DNA from: Chiloscyllium plagiosum
Lineage: Eukaryota
Assembly (NCBI RefSeq): GCF_004010195.1
Contig: NC_057719.1
Span: forward strand, 7,605,135-7,630,445
DNA: 25,311 nt
Reading direction: 5' to 3'
Shown here one piece after another: positions 11,796 to 22,508 of this stretch (positions are counted from its first letter, which is position 1; each line of letters starts with the position of its first letter). Below the pieces are notes generated by a model. That model saw only the letters and a program-made list of their open reading frames with translations, had not been told where the DNA came from and ran no database searches. A program made the position numbers and the translations under genes.

Positions 11796-12088
11796 CTCCT
11801 TTTTCCACGTATGGAGTCAGCTATTACGAGGGGGCATAGCTTTAAATTAATGGGTGGTAGGTATAGGACAGATGTTAGGGGTAGGTTCTTTACTCAGCGA
11901 GTCGTGAGTTCATGAAATGCCCTGCCAGTAGCAGTGGTGGACTCTCCCTCTTTATGGGCATTTAAACGGGCATTGGATAGGCATATGGAGGATAGTGGGC
12001 TAGTGTAGGTTAGGTGGGCTTTGATCGGCGCAACATCAAGGGCCAAAGGGCCTGTACTGCGCTGTATTCTTCTATGTTCTATGTTTTA
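11796..12088 (+). mobile_element. CR1 3' end
   Basis: LFPRMESAITRGHSFKL..FFTQRVV, the CR1 ORF2 terminus; tail ttctatgttctatg. Confidence 0.9.
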
Positions 12089-12387
12089 TCACCTTTTATG
12101 AGAACATCACCTCTGCTTTTGAACATATATGTGACCACTAACTAGGGAGAGTTAGTGCTTTTATTATGAATTATTTATTATTATTGTTTGAGATGGAGCG
12201 ATATTAAAAAAAAATTAAAAATTTGAAGTTGAGATTCCTGTAACCTTTGTCATTTGGAACTTAAAACTGTATAATGTTTGGCTTTTTTGTAATGCAACAA
12301 ATTACCTTGAGTTAGTGCATTTGAATTTGAACTGACTCTGACCAGGCTTTCATATATTGTGCTCACTAAACCTGCAACTTCAGTCTC

Positions 12388-12641
12388 CTGTTTAGAATGG
12401 GAGGGGAAAGATTTAAAAGGTAACCAAGGGGCAACTTTTCACGCAGAGGGTGGTGCTTGTATAGAATGAGCTGCTAGAGGAAGTGGTGGAGTCTGATACA
12501 ATGACAACATTTAAAAGGCATTTGGATGGATATATAAGTAGGAAGGAATAAACAAATGGGACTAGATTAGTTTATGATATCAGGTCGGCGTGGACAAGTT
12601 GGACCGAAGGGTCTCTTTTCATGCTGTACATGTCTATGACT
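12388..12641 (+). mobile_element. CR1 (HER1-like) 3' end
   Basis: FTQRVV-like ttttcacgcagagggtggtg; tail ggacaagttggaccgaagggtct..tctatgac. Confidence 0.85.
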
Positions 12642-13086
12642 GGAGGAAATAACTGGCTGGCAAATGCATAGACAGAGATAGCATATAACTAAGTTCCTTT
12701 CCCAGTCTACACCATAATTTGTTTAATGTGTCAGCTAGCTACTTGTCTGGGCTTGTGTGTTTATGTCTTGCCATTGCATTGATTGAATTGGTGACACCTG
12801 AACATTGGAACAGTAACCAGAATCAGCTGTTGCCATATTGTAGGTGTTTTTGATAATTTTGGTTGGCTGTTCTGTAGCTAGAAGCTATTTGGATGTGGGA
12901 ATAAATGACTAATTTCAATTTTCTTATTACTGTTATTCAAGTCAGTGGCATATGAAAGGAGAGAACATAATGTTTTTTTTTACAACACACTGTAAATTTA
13001 AATGCGTTTTATAATCTATTTCATTAGGGTTGTATTTTGATATCAAATATTATGAATGTTACATATCCTTCATTGAACTCTCATTG

Positions 13087-13360
13087 TCTAGCACGAGAGT
13101 ACATAGCTTCAAATTGAAGGGTGATAGATATAGGACAGATGTCAGAGGTAGTTCCTTTACTCAAGTGAGTAGTAGAGATGTGGAACGCATTGCCTGCAAC
13201 AGTAGCAGACCTGCCAACTTTAAGAGCATTTAAATGGTCACTGGATAGGCATATGGATGAGAATGGAATTGCGTAGGTTAGATGGGCTTCAGATTAATGT
13301 CACAGGTCGGCGCAACATCGAGGGCCGAAGGGCTGTACTGCGCTGGAATGTTCTATGTTC
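13087..13360 (+). mobile_element. CR1 3' end
   Basis: Similar to 11815-12080; tail gttctatgttc. Confidence 0.85.
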
Positions 13361-13891
13361 ATTATAATACTTTGATTGTGGAACTTGCATCTTCACCCAT
13401 CTGAAGATTTTTACATCATTTTCATCCTTGCAGTGATCGTTTCCCAAGGCTCTCTAGCAAATTGAAATGATGAAAAGAACTTGCATTTAATAGCATCTTT
13501 CACCATCTCCAATAATAAAAGACTTCAAATTCTAGTCATGGTTGTTTTGTAGGAAGGCAGGACAAACAACTTGCACACAGCAAAGTTCTACAAACCACAG
13601 TTGATGAAACTGTCAGATGATCTGGTTTAGTAATGTTTGAGAAATGTTATCAACCACACTTGGAGGATTCCCCACTCCTTTTTAAATGGAGTTTTGTCAA
13701 AAAGACAATTGAAGTTTTGAGATCCACCCCCTTTGGCTTTGTCTGAATCCAGCTATTTTCTTCTCAATATTCAAACCATCTGTTGTCCTCAAGCCAAATT
13801 TATATTTATATAAAAATTATGCAGGTAAAAGTAGATTACAAAACTTAAACTTTGTGTGTATCTCTCACTTTAATGCCACTTTCCTCTACAT

Positions 13892-14012
13892 CAAAAGCAA
13901 AATACTCTGAAACCGATAAACTGAAATTGTTGGAAATACTCAGTAGGTCTGGCACCGACTGTGAAGAGTGAGATAAAGTTAACATTTCAGATCAAAGACT
14001 TTTCTTCTGAAC
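13892..14012 (-). mobile_element. Old short PLE pLTR fragment ending at the hammerhead start
   Basis: tgaaattgttggaaatactcagtaggtctggc..aagttaacatttcagatcaaagacttttcttctgaac; similarity stops at the CTGANGA-equivalent position. Confidence 0.65.
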
Positions 14013-15249
14013 CTCTTCCAATGTAGCACTCAACCTTGAAAATGTGGTTTAGTTTCACCAGCTGCTGCTTAATCATTAAAGCCCGGAGCTAGCTCATGAC
14101 ACGTCTTGCACATGTACTTTCCCAGGACACGAGAAGTATCCACAAGTTTCCAGCCAGGAGCCGTGTCCAATAGTTGTAGCTGTTTTAAGGTTCAGGCAGA
14201 CTAAGGATAGCATCCTGACACCTATACGCTGAAACGCAAAGTGTTCATTGCCCGGTAGTAATGCCCCATGTCAGGATTAATGTAGATTAAATGCATGCTA
14301 TTACAGTTGATAGTGCACAGTTACATTCTAATTGCAGTGCAGTTACCTTGCAGTAAATATAGCCAACATATAAACGAAGCCAACTAAACTACTATAAATA
14401 TGAACTTCACCTGTTTAAAAAGCATTTCAGAGCACAAAAGGAAAAAATTGTGGATATGAAGATACCAAAACAAAACAAAGGAGCAGAGTTAATGCTTTGG
14501 GTCCATGACTTTGCACAAATCCAGGATCGTCAAGCTGAAACGTGAGCAATGTTTCTTCTTCATGAATACTGTCAGAGTATTAAGTAGCATTTTGTTTATT
14601 TTAGGTAAAATTTCTTGAAACGCCCTCCAATTTATTTTTGCCACACCAAAATAGTTGTTGACAGTGAAAATGTAGTGAGAATTAAAACATAGGACTCGCA
14701 ATGTCAAGAAAAGTTCCCAATTTTCCCAATAAACTTTAAGCTGTAACTTCAGAATCTTGTTATTGAACAGTGAATACTTATTTCTGTGTATTTGTTAGCC
14801 TGGTTAACAGTTCAGATTCTCTTCTTCCCTGAGACACTGAACAATATCTCTCCTGATGTCTATTCTCCAGCTGCTGCAGCTCACCAACTGCCTCCCCCAG
14901 CTTTCTTCACCAACTCTGTCTCCACCACAAAGTGGCCCCCACCAGCCCTCTGGAAACCATTCGACATGCAAATTGACATAGACAAGCTACCAGGCTCACT
15001 ATATACTATCCAACTTCACCATATCATCATGTCTGCTCTTCTACCAACTCATGCATTTAAATAGGATGCATCTTGGCTTGATTTCTGGGTACTTGCTCAC
15101 TTTCTTGCTTATTTGGGCTGCCACACTTTGTGGCCTGCATTAATTTTTAGCCTAGAAGAATAGGCAAGCACCTTATCACAGTGGGGAGCACAGAACAGTC
15201 AAAAAGGTGGACGTGCCACTGTAGGGCATCATCTGTCTATGTCAGTACC

Positions 15250-15700
15250 TACAGCATATGCCAGCAGCTTATGTGGCGAATGCTGCATGACCTTCACCCA
15301 AATGACTATGACTGGAAGTCAAAATGAAGCAGTCTGTAGCAAGGTCAAGGGGGACTATGGTCAGTCAGGGGCTGTTGCCAGAGTCAAGAAAGAGGTCCCT
15401 GTTACAGTCAAACAAGAGGTTTGTCTGATTCCAATCTGAGGGTTGGGTCATGTTAGTGAGGCGTTTGATCCTAGTAGAGTCTCGGGATTGGTCCACAGTC
15501 TGTCCTGCAGATCAAATGCAATCAGACCAGGGATTACAGGTGTGTCAGTTGAGGTACTATGGAGACATCAATATTGGTAGCTAAGATGGAAATTCTTTTC
15601 CTGCAGTGGGACAAATGAAGAGATTGAGCTTCAGGAAGTAGTTGAAAGAGCTGTTAGTGTGAGACAGCTTGGATAGACTGGTCTTTACTGTTTTTCATTG
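15250..15700 (-). mobile_element. Possible very old L2-type LINE ORF2 remnant
   Basis: On -: aactacttcctgaagctcaat (N.FLKLN-like) and cttgactctggcaacagc (LDYCNS-like). Weak. Confidence 0.3.
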
Positions 15701-15859
15701 ATTTTGGTTGTCCATCAAAGTTTTGTCAAGATATTAAGTTGGTCAGCGTGGTCATTGTTTTAGAGGTAAAAACAATGACTGCAGATGCTGGAAACCAGAT
15801 TCTGGATCAGTGGTGCTGGAAGAGCACAGCAATTCAGGCAGCATCCGACGAGCAGCAAA

Positions 15860-15894
15860 ATCGACATTTCGGGCAAAAGCCCTTCATCAGGAAT
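15860..15894 (-). ncRNA. Minimal type-I hammerhead ribozyme motif of the PLE pLTR (GAAAT variant)
   Basis: ttcCTGATGA-AGGGC-TTTT-GCCC-GAAAT-GTCga on -; minimal hammerheads are an established feature of PLE termini. Confidence 0.7.
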
Positions 15895-15978
15895 AAAGGC
15901 AGAGCGCCTGAAGCGTGGAGAGATAAGCTAGAGGAGGGTGAAGGTGGGGAGAAAGTAGCATAGAGTACAATAGGTGAG

Positions 15979-16961
15979 NNNNNNNNNNNNNNNNNNNNNN
16001 NNNNNNNNNNNNNNNNNNNNNNNNNNNNNNNNNNNNNNNNNNNNNNNNNNNNNNNNNNNNNNNNNNNNNNNNNNNNNNNNNNNNNNNNNNNNNNNNNNNN
16101 NNNNNNNNNNNNNNNNNNNNNNNNNNNNNNNNNNNNNNNNNNNNNNNNNNNNNNNNNNNNNNNNNNNNNNNNNNNNNNNNNNNNNNNNNNNNNNNNNNNN
16201 NNNNNNNNNNNNNNNNNNNNNNNNNNNNNNNNNNNNNNNNNNNNNNNNNNNNNNNNNNNNNNNNNNNNNNNNNNNNNNNNNNNNNNNNNNNNNNNNNNNN
16301 NNNNNNNNNNNNNNNNNNNNNNNNNNNNNNNNNNNNNNNNNNNNNNNNNNNNNNNNNNNNNNNNNNNNNNNNNNNNNNNNNNNNNNNNNNNNNNNNNNNN
16401 NNNNNNNNNNNNNNNNNNNNNNNNNNNNNNNNNNNNNNNNNNNNNNNNNNNNNNNNNNNNNNNNNNNNNNNNNNNNNNNNNNNNNNNNNNNNNNNNNNNN
16501 NNNNNNNNNNNNNNNNNNNNNNNNNNNNNNNNNNNNNNNNNNNNNNNNNNNNNNNNNNNNNNNNNNNNNNNNNNNNNNNNNNNNNNNNNNNNNNNNNNNN
16601 NNNNNNNNNNNNNNNNNNNNNNNNNNNNNNNNNNNNNNNNNNNNNNNNNNNNNNNNNNNNNNNNNNNNNNNNNNNNNNNNNNNNNNNNNNNNNNNNNNNN
16701 NNNNNNNNNNNNNNNNNNNNNNNNNNNNNNNNNNNNNNNNNNNNNNNNNNNNNNNNNNNNNNNNNNNNNNNNNNNNNNNNNNNNNNNNNNNNNNNNNNNN
16801 NNNNNNNNNNNNNNNNNNNNNNNNNNNNNNNNNNNNNNNNNNNNNNNNNNNNNNNNNNNNNNNNNNNNNNNNNNNNNNNNNNNNNNNNNNNNNNNNNNNN
16901 NNNNNNNNNNNNNNNNNNNNNNNNNNNNNNNNNNNNNNNNNNNNNNNNNNNNNNNNNNNNN
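15979..16961. other. Assembly gap (983 N)
   Basis: Run of N inside the Penelope copy. Confidence 0.99.
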
Positions 16962-17554
16962 TTTGGAGGTGGTGGAAATGTCGGCGGATGATTTGGTTTA
17001 TGGGAAGGTTGGTAGGGTGGAAGGTGAGCACCAGGGGCGTTCTGTCCTTGTTGCGGTTGGAGGGGTTGGGTCTGAGGGTGGAGGTGCGGGGTGTGGACAA
17101 GATACGTTGGAGGGCATCTTTAACCACGTGGGAAGGGAAATTGCGGTCTCTGAAGAAGGAGGCCATCTGGTGTGTTCTATGGTGGAACTGGTCCTCCTGG
17201 GAGCAGATACGACGGAGGCGGAGGAATTGGAAATACGGGATGGCATTTTTGCAAGAGATCCGGTGGGAAGAGGTGTAATCCAGATAGCTGTGGGAGTCGG
17301 TGGGTTTGTAAAAAATGTCAGTGTCAAGTCGGTCATTACTAATGGAGATGGAGAGGTCCAGGAAGGGGAGGGAGGTGTCAGAGATGGTCCAGGTAAATTT
17401 AAGGTCAGGGTGGAATGTGTTGGTGAAGTTGATGAATTGCTCAACCTCCTCGCGGTCATTGTTTTAGCCAGTTGCAGTAGTGACTTTCTTACTGATTGGA
17501 TTGCCAGATTGAGTTCTGCACCAAGTTTCATTTGCTAAGTGTTTTTATAAATAT

Positions 17555-17670
17555 TTTTTAGATGTTTTCTAATATCAGAAATGTTAGTTAAACACCTCTG
17601 GATTGGGTATGTGTTGATCCCGGGCCTCCTGGCTCAGAAGTAGGAATTCTGCCTTTGCACCATGAGAGCT
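17555..17670 (-). mobile_element. Degraded short tRNA-derived SINE
   Basis: Reverse-complement similarity to 22127-22238. Confidence 0.45.
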
Positions 17671-18587
17671 TAGGCTTTCTATTTGCCAAACCTTTGGGAA
17701 GGTGAGTTGATGCACTTAACACACTGCAAACTGGAGAAAATGCTTTTACTTGGTAGATATAGAGATGATTGCACTAATTTGATTTCAACATTATTTGCAT
17801 TTCTATTTTGGATTGGATAAGAATGGTTATTACACAACCCACAGCCTATTTGTTCCATCTTTTATAGTGATGTTATCAACACATTGCCCTCTTGCCCCTC
17901 ATCCCAGTTTTTATCTGCTTCCTTTCATTCTGGTGAGGTGTAATTCCTTGCTTACGCTCGTCCAATGTCTCTCCTGATGTCTCTTCTCCATATTAAACCT
18001 GGTTATCTATTGTCCGACTATTTAACAATGAAAGCTAATATAGCAAAGGAGAATCATGGCCACCAATAAGCTCCTTTCAGCAGCGCTTACTGAACTGCAC
18101 CAAATAAAATCCTCCTTGATCCCACAATTGCAAAGGTCAATTGTATCTCATGCAACATAATTCTTCATTTCCGTCTGTTGTATGTAAAGTTTTTTTTATC
18201 TACCTTGATGCACTTCAATTCGAGCTCAGATTTAACTTTGAACTGGAGCAGTCACGTTAAGCTCCCTTTACTCAACATATTCCATGAGAAATTCATTGAT
18301 TGGTTCTTCACCATTTTCTACCAGAAGGTGTCTCCCGAGGCAATATTCTAGAGTTCCATGTGCCATAGTTTTGGCCTTATTGGCAATCTTATAGAAAGGG
18401 CCTGAGACACTTGCTTGATGTGCAAGCCTGGTGCAGAAATAGGGTGCATCAAAGCTACCTCAATCAGATCACTGCTCACAATGGATTGCACATAATGACA
18501 AATGAGCTTTAAAAATACCCAGTCTATGTTGTTATCATGGAAGACTATAATATCTAAATAATTTGAACAACAGTGAAGCTAGCCATA

Positions 18588-18985
18588 TTTTTCCCATTCA
18601 CTCATGGGATGTGGATTTTGCATTTATTTCTCATCCCTTGAGAAAGTGGCGCTGAGCTGTAGTCCATCCGTTAACAGTGGTTAATGGTTTTCCTTTGCCA
18701 TGTAAAAGCTGCTGTTGTCTTTGCAGATGGAAGTGGTCGTGTGTTTGGAAGTGATGTCTAAGGAGCCTTGATAATTTCTGCAGTGTATCTTGTAGACGGT
18801 ACACATTGCTGCTACTTAAGATTGAATTAGTCCAACTGTACATGACGTTTCTGGACAGTTTTCCACATGTTCAGGCAAATGCCAGTGTTGTTGCTATTCT
18901 GGAGCAGCTTGGTGAGGGCCATGCTAAGTTTTTGAGCACAGATCTTCTGTATTACTGCTGGGGGAATGTTGCCAGGGCCCATATC
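18588..18985 (-). mobile_element. LINE (5601-7795 group) 3' end and RT pieces, deleted
   Basis: cattcactcatgggatgtgg..cccttgagaaagtgg..ctgcagtgtatcttgtagacggtacacattgctgctact..gttgccagggcccata are reverse complements of LINE parts. Confidence 0.8.
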
Positions 18986-19835
18986 CTTCGCCCAGTGTCT
19001 AACATTTTCTTCTTGCTGCTACTATGCAGTAACAGCAAGTGGTATTTTCCATTGATATGATGCTGTCATCAAACCAAAGGGACAGTCTGTATACCTTTGA
19101 AATGAGTAATGTGAATTTCATTTCTGTTGTACAGCTACGTACATGTCCTGTGGGTCCCAACAACTGTTTCATTCTCCATGGCAATGCCTCAAACAATCAG
19201 AATTGACTTTCGAGCAATGAGCACCCTTTTCTCAAGCCACATAAGTTGTTTCTCCCTTTTGAAATTTGATTTCTTGTGTCTGTCCTGAGGACTGTAGGAT
19301 GAAAGATCTTTGACACCACGGCCTTTGTTTTCATCAATACAACCAACATTGTTGAAATATGCTAGTTCAGTACGAATTGGAAAAATGTCTTGGCTGACAT
19401 AGCTTAGTTACATCCTGGGCAATGAGCCATTGTGGACATCAAGAAGATGTGCTTAATGCATGCAAGGAAACAGCAATCACGAGGTTTAGTTGTATGAAGA
19501 GAGTTCAGAATAATTAAATAGCGATAAAACAGGAAAAAAGCAGGTTGTAGACAACAGGAAGTAAGCTCAAGTATTAATAGTAGAAATGGTTAGAAACGTT
19601 ATGTGCATTTTAATACAAAATAAATGAATTCGCAAAATAAGCAGTGCACAGAAGTCCAGTGCAGTCCATTGTGGAGGTTAGTGCAGTCTTTTGCAGGGAG
19701 ATTTTCATAATTTAAATATTTAATCCAGAAGCTACATTAAGGTCCGAAGGATGGCATGTTTTGTTTTTATTTTTAGCAGAAGAATGACTATTCAGTGCTT
19801 TTATTCCATATAATGTAATATTATATGGTGTATAA

Positions 19836-20140
19836 TATAAGAACTAGGAGCAGGAGTTGGCAGTTCAGTTCCATGAATCTGCTTTGTCATTTGATAACAT
19901 CATGGCTGAACTCATCTTGGTTTCAAACCCATTTCCCTGTATATGGTCCATAACCTTTCAACCCATTACTAATTAAAAATCAATCTCCTTCTTCAATGTG
20001 CCAGGAACCATCACACTCTGTGGTAGTGAATTCCGTAGATAAACTTTTGAGAGAAGTACTTTCTCATCCTTGCTGCCACTTATCCTAAAGGTGTGATCTC
20101 ATTCTAGGTTGCCCTACAAGTTGAAAACATCCTCTCTGCA
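19836..20140 (-). mobile_element. Degraded CR1 3' tail
   Basis: ataagaactaggagcaggagt..catcatggctga..tgtggtagtgaattcc reads as a typical reverse CR1 tail. Confidence 0.7.
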
Positions 20141-20384
20141 GCCGACCAGCTCTCAAGGGAAATGAAATGCCTTATGGAATAGATTTAATGTTCAGCTAAT
20201 CAAGGCCGAATTTAACACAGATATAAGTTGGACACAGATTGTAAAAATGTAGGACAGAATGTATAAGAAGAAAAAAAATCCAATTAACACAGAGACACCT
20301 GTGAATAACATCAAAAATGTCACTTCCAGTGCCAATGCCTCAAAACAATTAAAATGGAATCTAGTCACTCAAAATCGGCACAAG

Positions 20385-20733
20385 CATGATAGGTGGTTCA
20401 GTGGTTAGCACAGCTTCCTCACAGTGCCGGAGATCCGGGTTTGATTCCAGCCTTGGGTGACTGTCTATTATGGAGTATCTATGTTCTCTCTGTGTCTGCT
20501 TGGGTTTTCTGCAGGTGCTCCGGTTTCCTCCTGCAGTTCAAAAATGTACGGGTTAGGTGGATTTAACCATGGTGCGTTGCCCATAGTGTACAGCAATATG
20601 CTGTTTAGGTTGATTAGCCATGGGAAATGCAGGGTTACAGGAATGGGATGGGTCTGGGTTGGCTGGTCTTCAGATGGTCGGTGTGGACTCAGAAGGCTGA
20701 ATAGCCTGCCTCCAAGCTATAGGGATTCTATGA
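20385..20733 (+). mobile_element. Older HE1-related SINE
   Basis: ggtggttcagtggttagcac..gggtttgattcc..ggtgctccggtttcctcc..tagggattctatga. Confidence 0.85.
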
Positions 20734-21195
20734 AAATCAAGATAATAGAGTAGAATGTTTACTCATGCCCTGTCATCCAATATTGGGAATATTGGATTGA
20801 GATTGCTTGCTTTCTCCTTTTGTCCTCTAGTCTCAAATCCTTTTCTGTTCAAACCTTCACACTAATCTTAACACTTGATTCTCTTGTTGGCTACACTTTT
20901 GCTTTTTAAAATGATTTTCATTCCGACAACTTCACTAAAACATATCCTAACCCGGGCCCGTCCGTATTTGCCATATCCAATTTTACACCTAACCTGCTTT
21001 TCCATTGACAGCATCGACAAGTGCATTATTGACCCTGGTTCCATGCTCATTTTCGTTCAAACTCCTAATCTCTCCAGTGCATTTGCTGCTTTTCAGCTTC
21101 TCTCGCTGTCTATTGTGAATTATTCCTCGTTGAATTTCTTGGGCACACCACAACAGTGGAATCTGGAAGGCCACACCAGGCATTTTAGGATGAGG

Positions 21196-21285
21196 TTTTG
21201 AGGAAGGGTCACTTAACCTGAAATGTTAGCTCTGGTTTCGCTCCACAAATGTTGCCACACCTGCTGAGCATTTCCAGCAATTTCT
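21196..21285 (+). mobile_element. 90-bp PLE pLTR insertion starting at a degenerate hammerhead
   Basis: Perfect 14-bp TSD attttaggatgagg (21182-21195 / 21286-21299); ttTTGAGGA-AGGGTCA..acct-GAAAT-GTT followed by cctgctgagcatttccagcaatttct. Confidence 0.8.
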
Positions 21286-21789
21286 ATTTTAGGATGAGGC
21301 GCACTTTCTTTCAACTAAGTACTGACGAAAATGAAGCCATTTTTATGAACTCTACCTGCTTGCCACAGACAATCCATCCACTCCCACAGCCTTCTGCAGA
21401 TGCAGTTCTGATGAAAAATTAATCTCTGGTCATTCTGTAGCAACCAGTGGAAACTGCAAGTGCTGAGCAATCCCAGAACTGCTGCAAAGTTTTGAACAGA
21501 TTTGGGGAAACAGATTACCTGCTCAATTCATACATCTTCAATTTTGGCAAATTTGAGCCAGAGTGTTGGGGGAGGGCAAGATTGGGGGTGGGTGGGTTGG
21601 GGTGGGGGGGCAGCGGTGAGGGAGTGGAGTGATATTTATTGATTTTTCTGCATCCTGAGCTAGGAAGAACGCAAGTCACCTAGGTTTTCTCCATTATTGT
21701 CGACATAATAATGCGTTTTCTGGAAAATGAGGGAATGTGATATTCATCTCAAATAATTTTGGGCCCAGTCCCAGGTAGCCAAATGATTT

Positions 21790-21925
21790 GACAGCCACTG
21801 ATTACGAATTGAGTATCTTGAAGGATATATGAAGGAAAAGGCAGAAAAGTGGAAGTTGAGGATTACCAGGTCAGCCATTATCTCATATTGGCTGCTAGGT
21901 GGGCTGTTTCTGCTCTGATGTCTTT
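21790..21925 (+). mobile_element. Degraded CR1 3' tail
   Basis: gaaggatatatg..aaggcagaaaagtggaagttgagg..tcagccat resembles a CR1 3' UTR. Confidence 0.5.
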
Positions 21926-22126
21926 TGCCTTTTGGCTCCATATGCCCGTACCTTCAGGTTGAGAGAGAAAGCTATTCTTGATTGAATCAGTTCAGTGAGA
22001 GTGCCAACTTAAATGCCAGGTCCTGTAAAGCAAAGGCTTTTTGAATAATAATACAGTTAAGAAATCAACTGTGAGGATGTTTTTGCATTTAATTTGAAAG
22101 CTTTTGCTAAGGTTGCCTGTTTTATG

Positions 22127-22238
22127 GGTCCTCTTGTGGTGCAGTGGTTGTATCCCTACCCCTGAACCAAGAGACCTGAGTTCAAGTCCCAGCTGGGCCA
22201 GAGATGTGTAATAAATCTCTGAACCAATTGATTGGAAA
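22127..22238 (+). mobile_element. Short tRNA-derived SINE
   Basis: A-box gtggtgcagtgg, B-box gagttcaagtcc. Confidence 0.7.
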
Positions 22239-22365
22239 AGGAAAGGATAAAACTAATCAACATTTTTTTAATAGAATCTACTGCCACTAGTAATGATTAA
22301 CTGGTAATAAATGTAATTCAGGATGAAAAGTATGAACAATTTATTTTAGTTCGCACTTTTTAAAT

Positions 22366-22406
22366 CTCTAATTTTCTATTTCTTTAATTTTTCTTTGTTT
22401 TTCTAG
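22366..22406 (+). promoter_or_regulatory. Branch point, polypyrimidine tract and AG acceptor of the gtf2a1 exon
   Basis: ctctaat followed by a T-rich tract ending ttctag at 22406. Confidence 0.8.
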
Positions 22407-22508
22407 CCTAAACTCTACAGATCAGTAATTGAAGATGTAATCAATGATGTACGAGAACAATTCCTTGATGATGGAGTGGATGAACAAGTTCTTATAGAAT
22501 TAAAAACG
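22407..22508 (+). CDS. gtf2a1: Transcription initiation factor IIA subunit 1 (TFIIA alpha/beta), internal coding exon (likely exon 2)
   Basis: ag|102 bp, phase 0-0|gt encoding PKLYRSVIEDVINDVREQFLDDGVDEQVLIELKT. This matches the conserved TFIIA N-terminal helices and is closer to GTF2A1 (INDVRDIFLDDGVDEQVLMELKT) than to GTF2A1L/ALF as I recall them. Confidence 0.93.

Larger units (their letters stand above)
15764..17453 (-). mobile_element. Young 5'-truncated Penelope-like element (RT thumb open, gap, 3' pLTR with hammerhead)
   Basis: Uninterrupted frame on - from 17453 to 16962: EEVEQFINFTNTFHPDLKFTW..LPFLDL..FYKPTDSHSYLDYTSSH..IPYFQFLRLRRICS..PLVLTFHP; perfect 14-bp TSD ggtcattgttttag (15750-15763 / 17454-17467). 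Confidence 0.92.

Noticed and set aside
15928..17278. 412-aa and 434-aa ORFs
   Set aside because: Their length comes from the N gap; only the - strand Penelope portion is meaningful.
21679..21733. Small imperfect hairpin or MITE remnant
   Set aside because: The pairing is too imperfect and there is no TSD.
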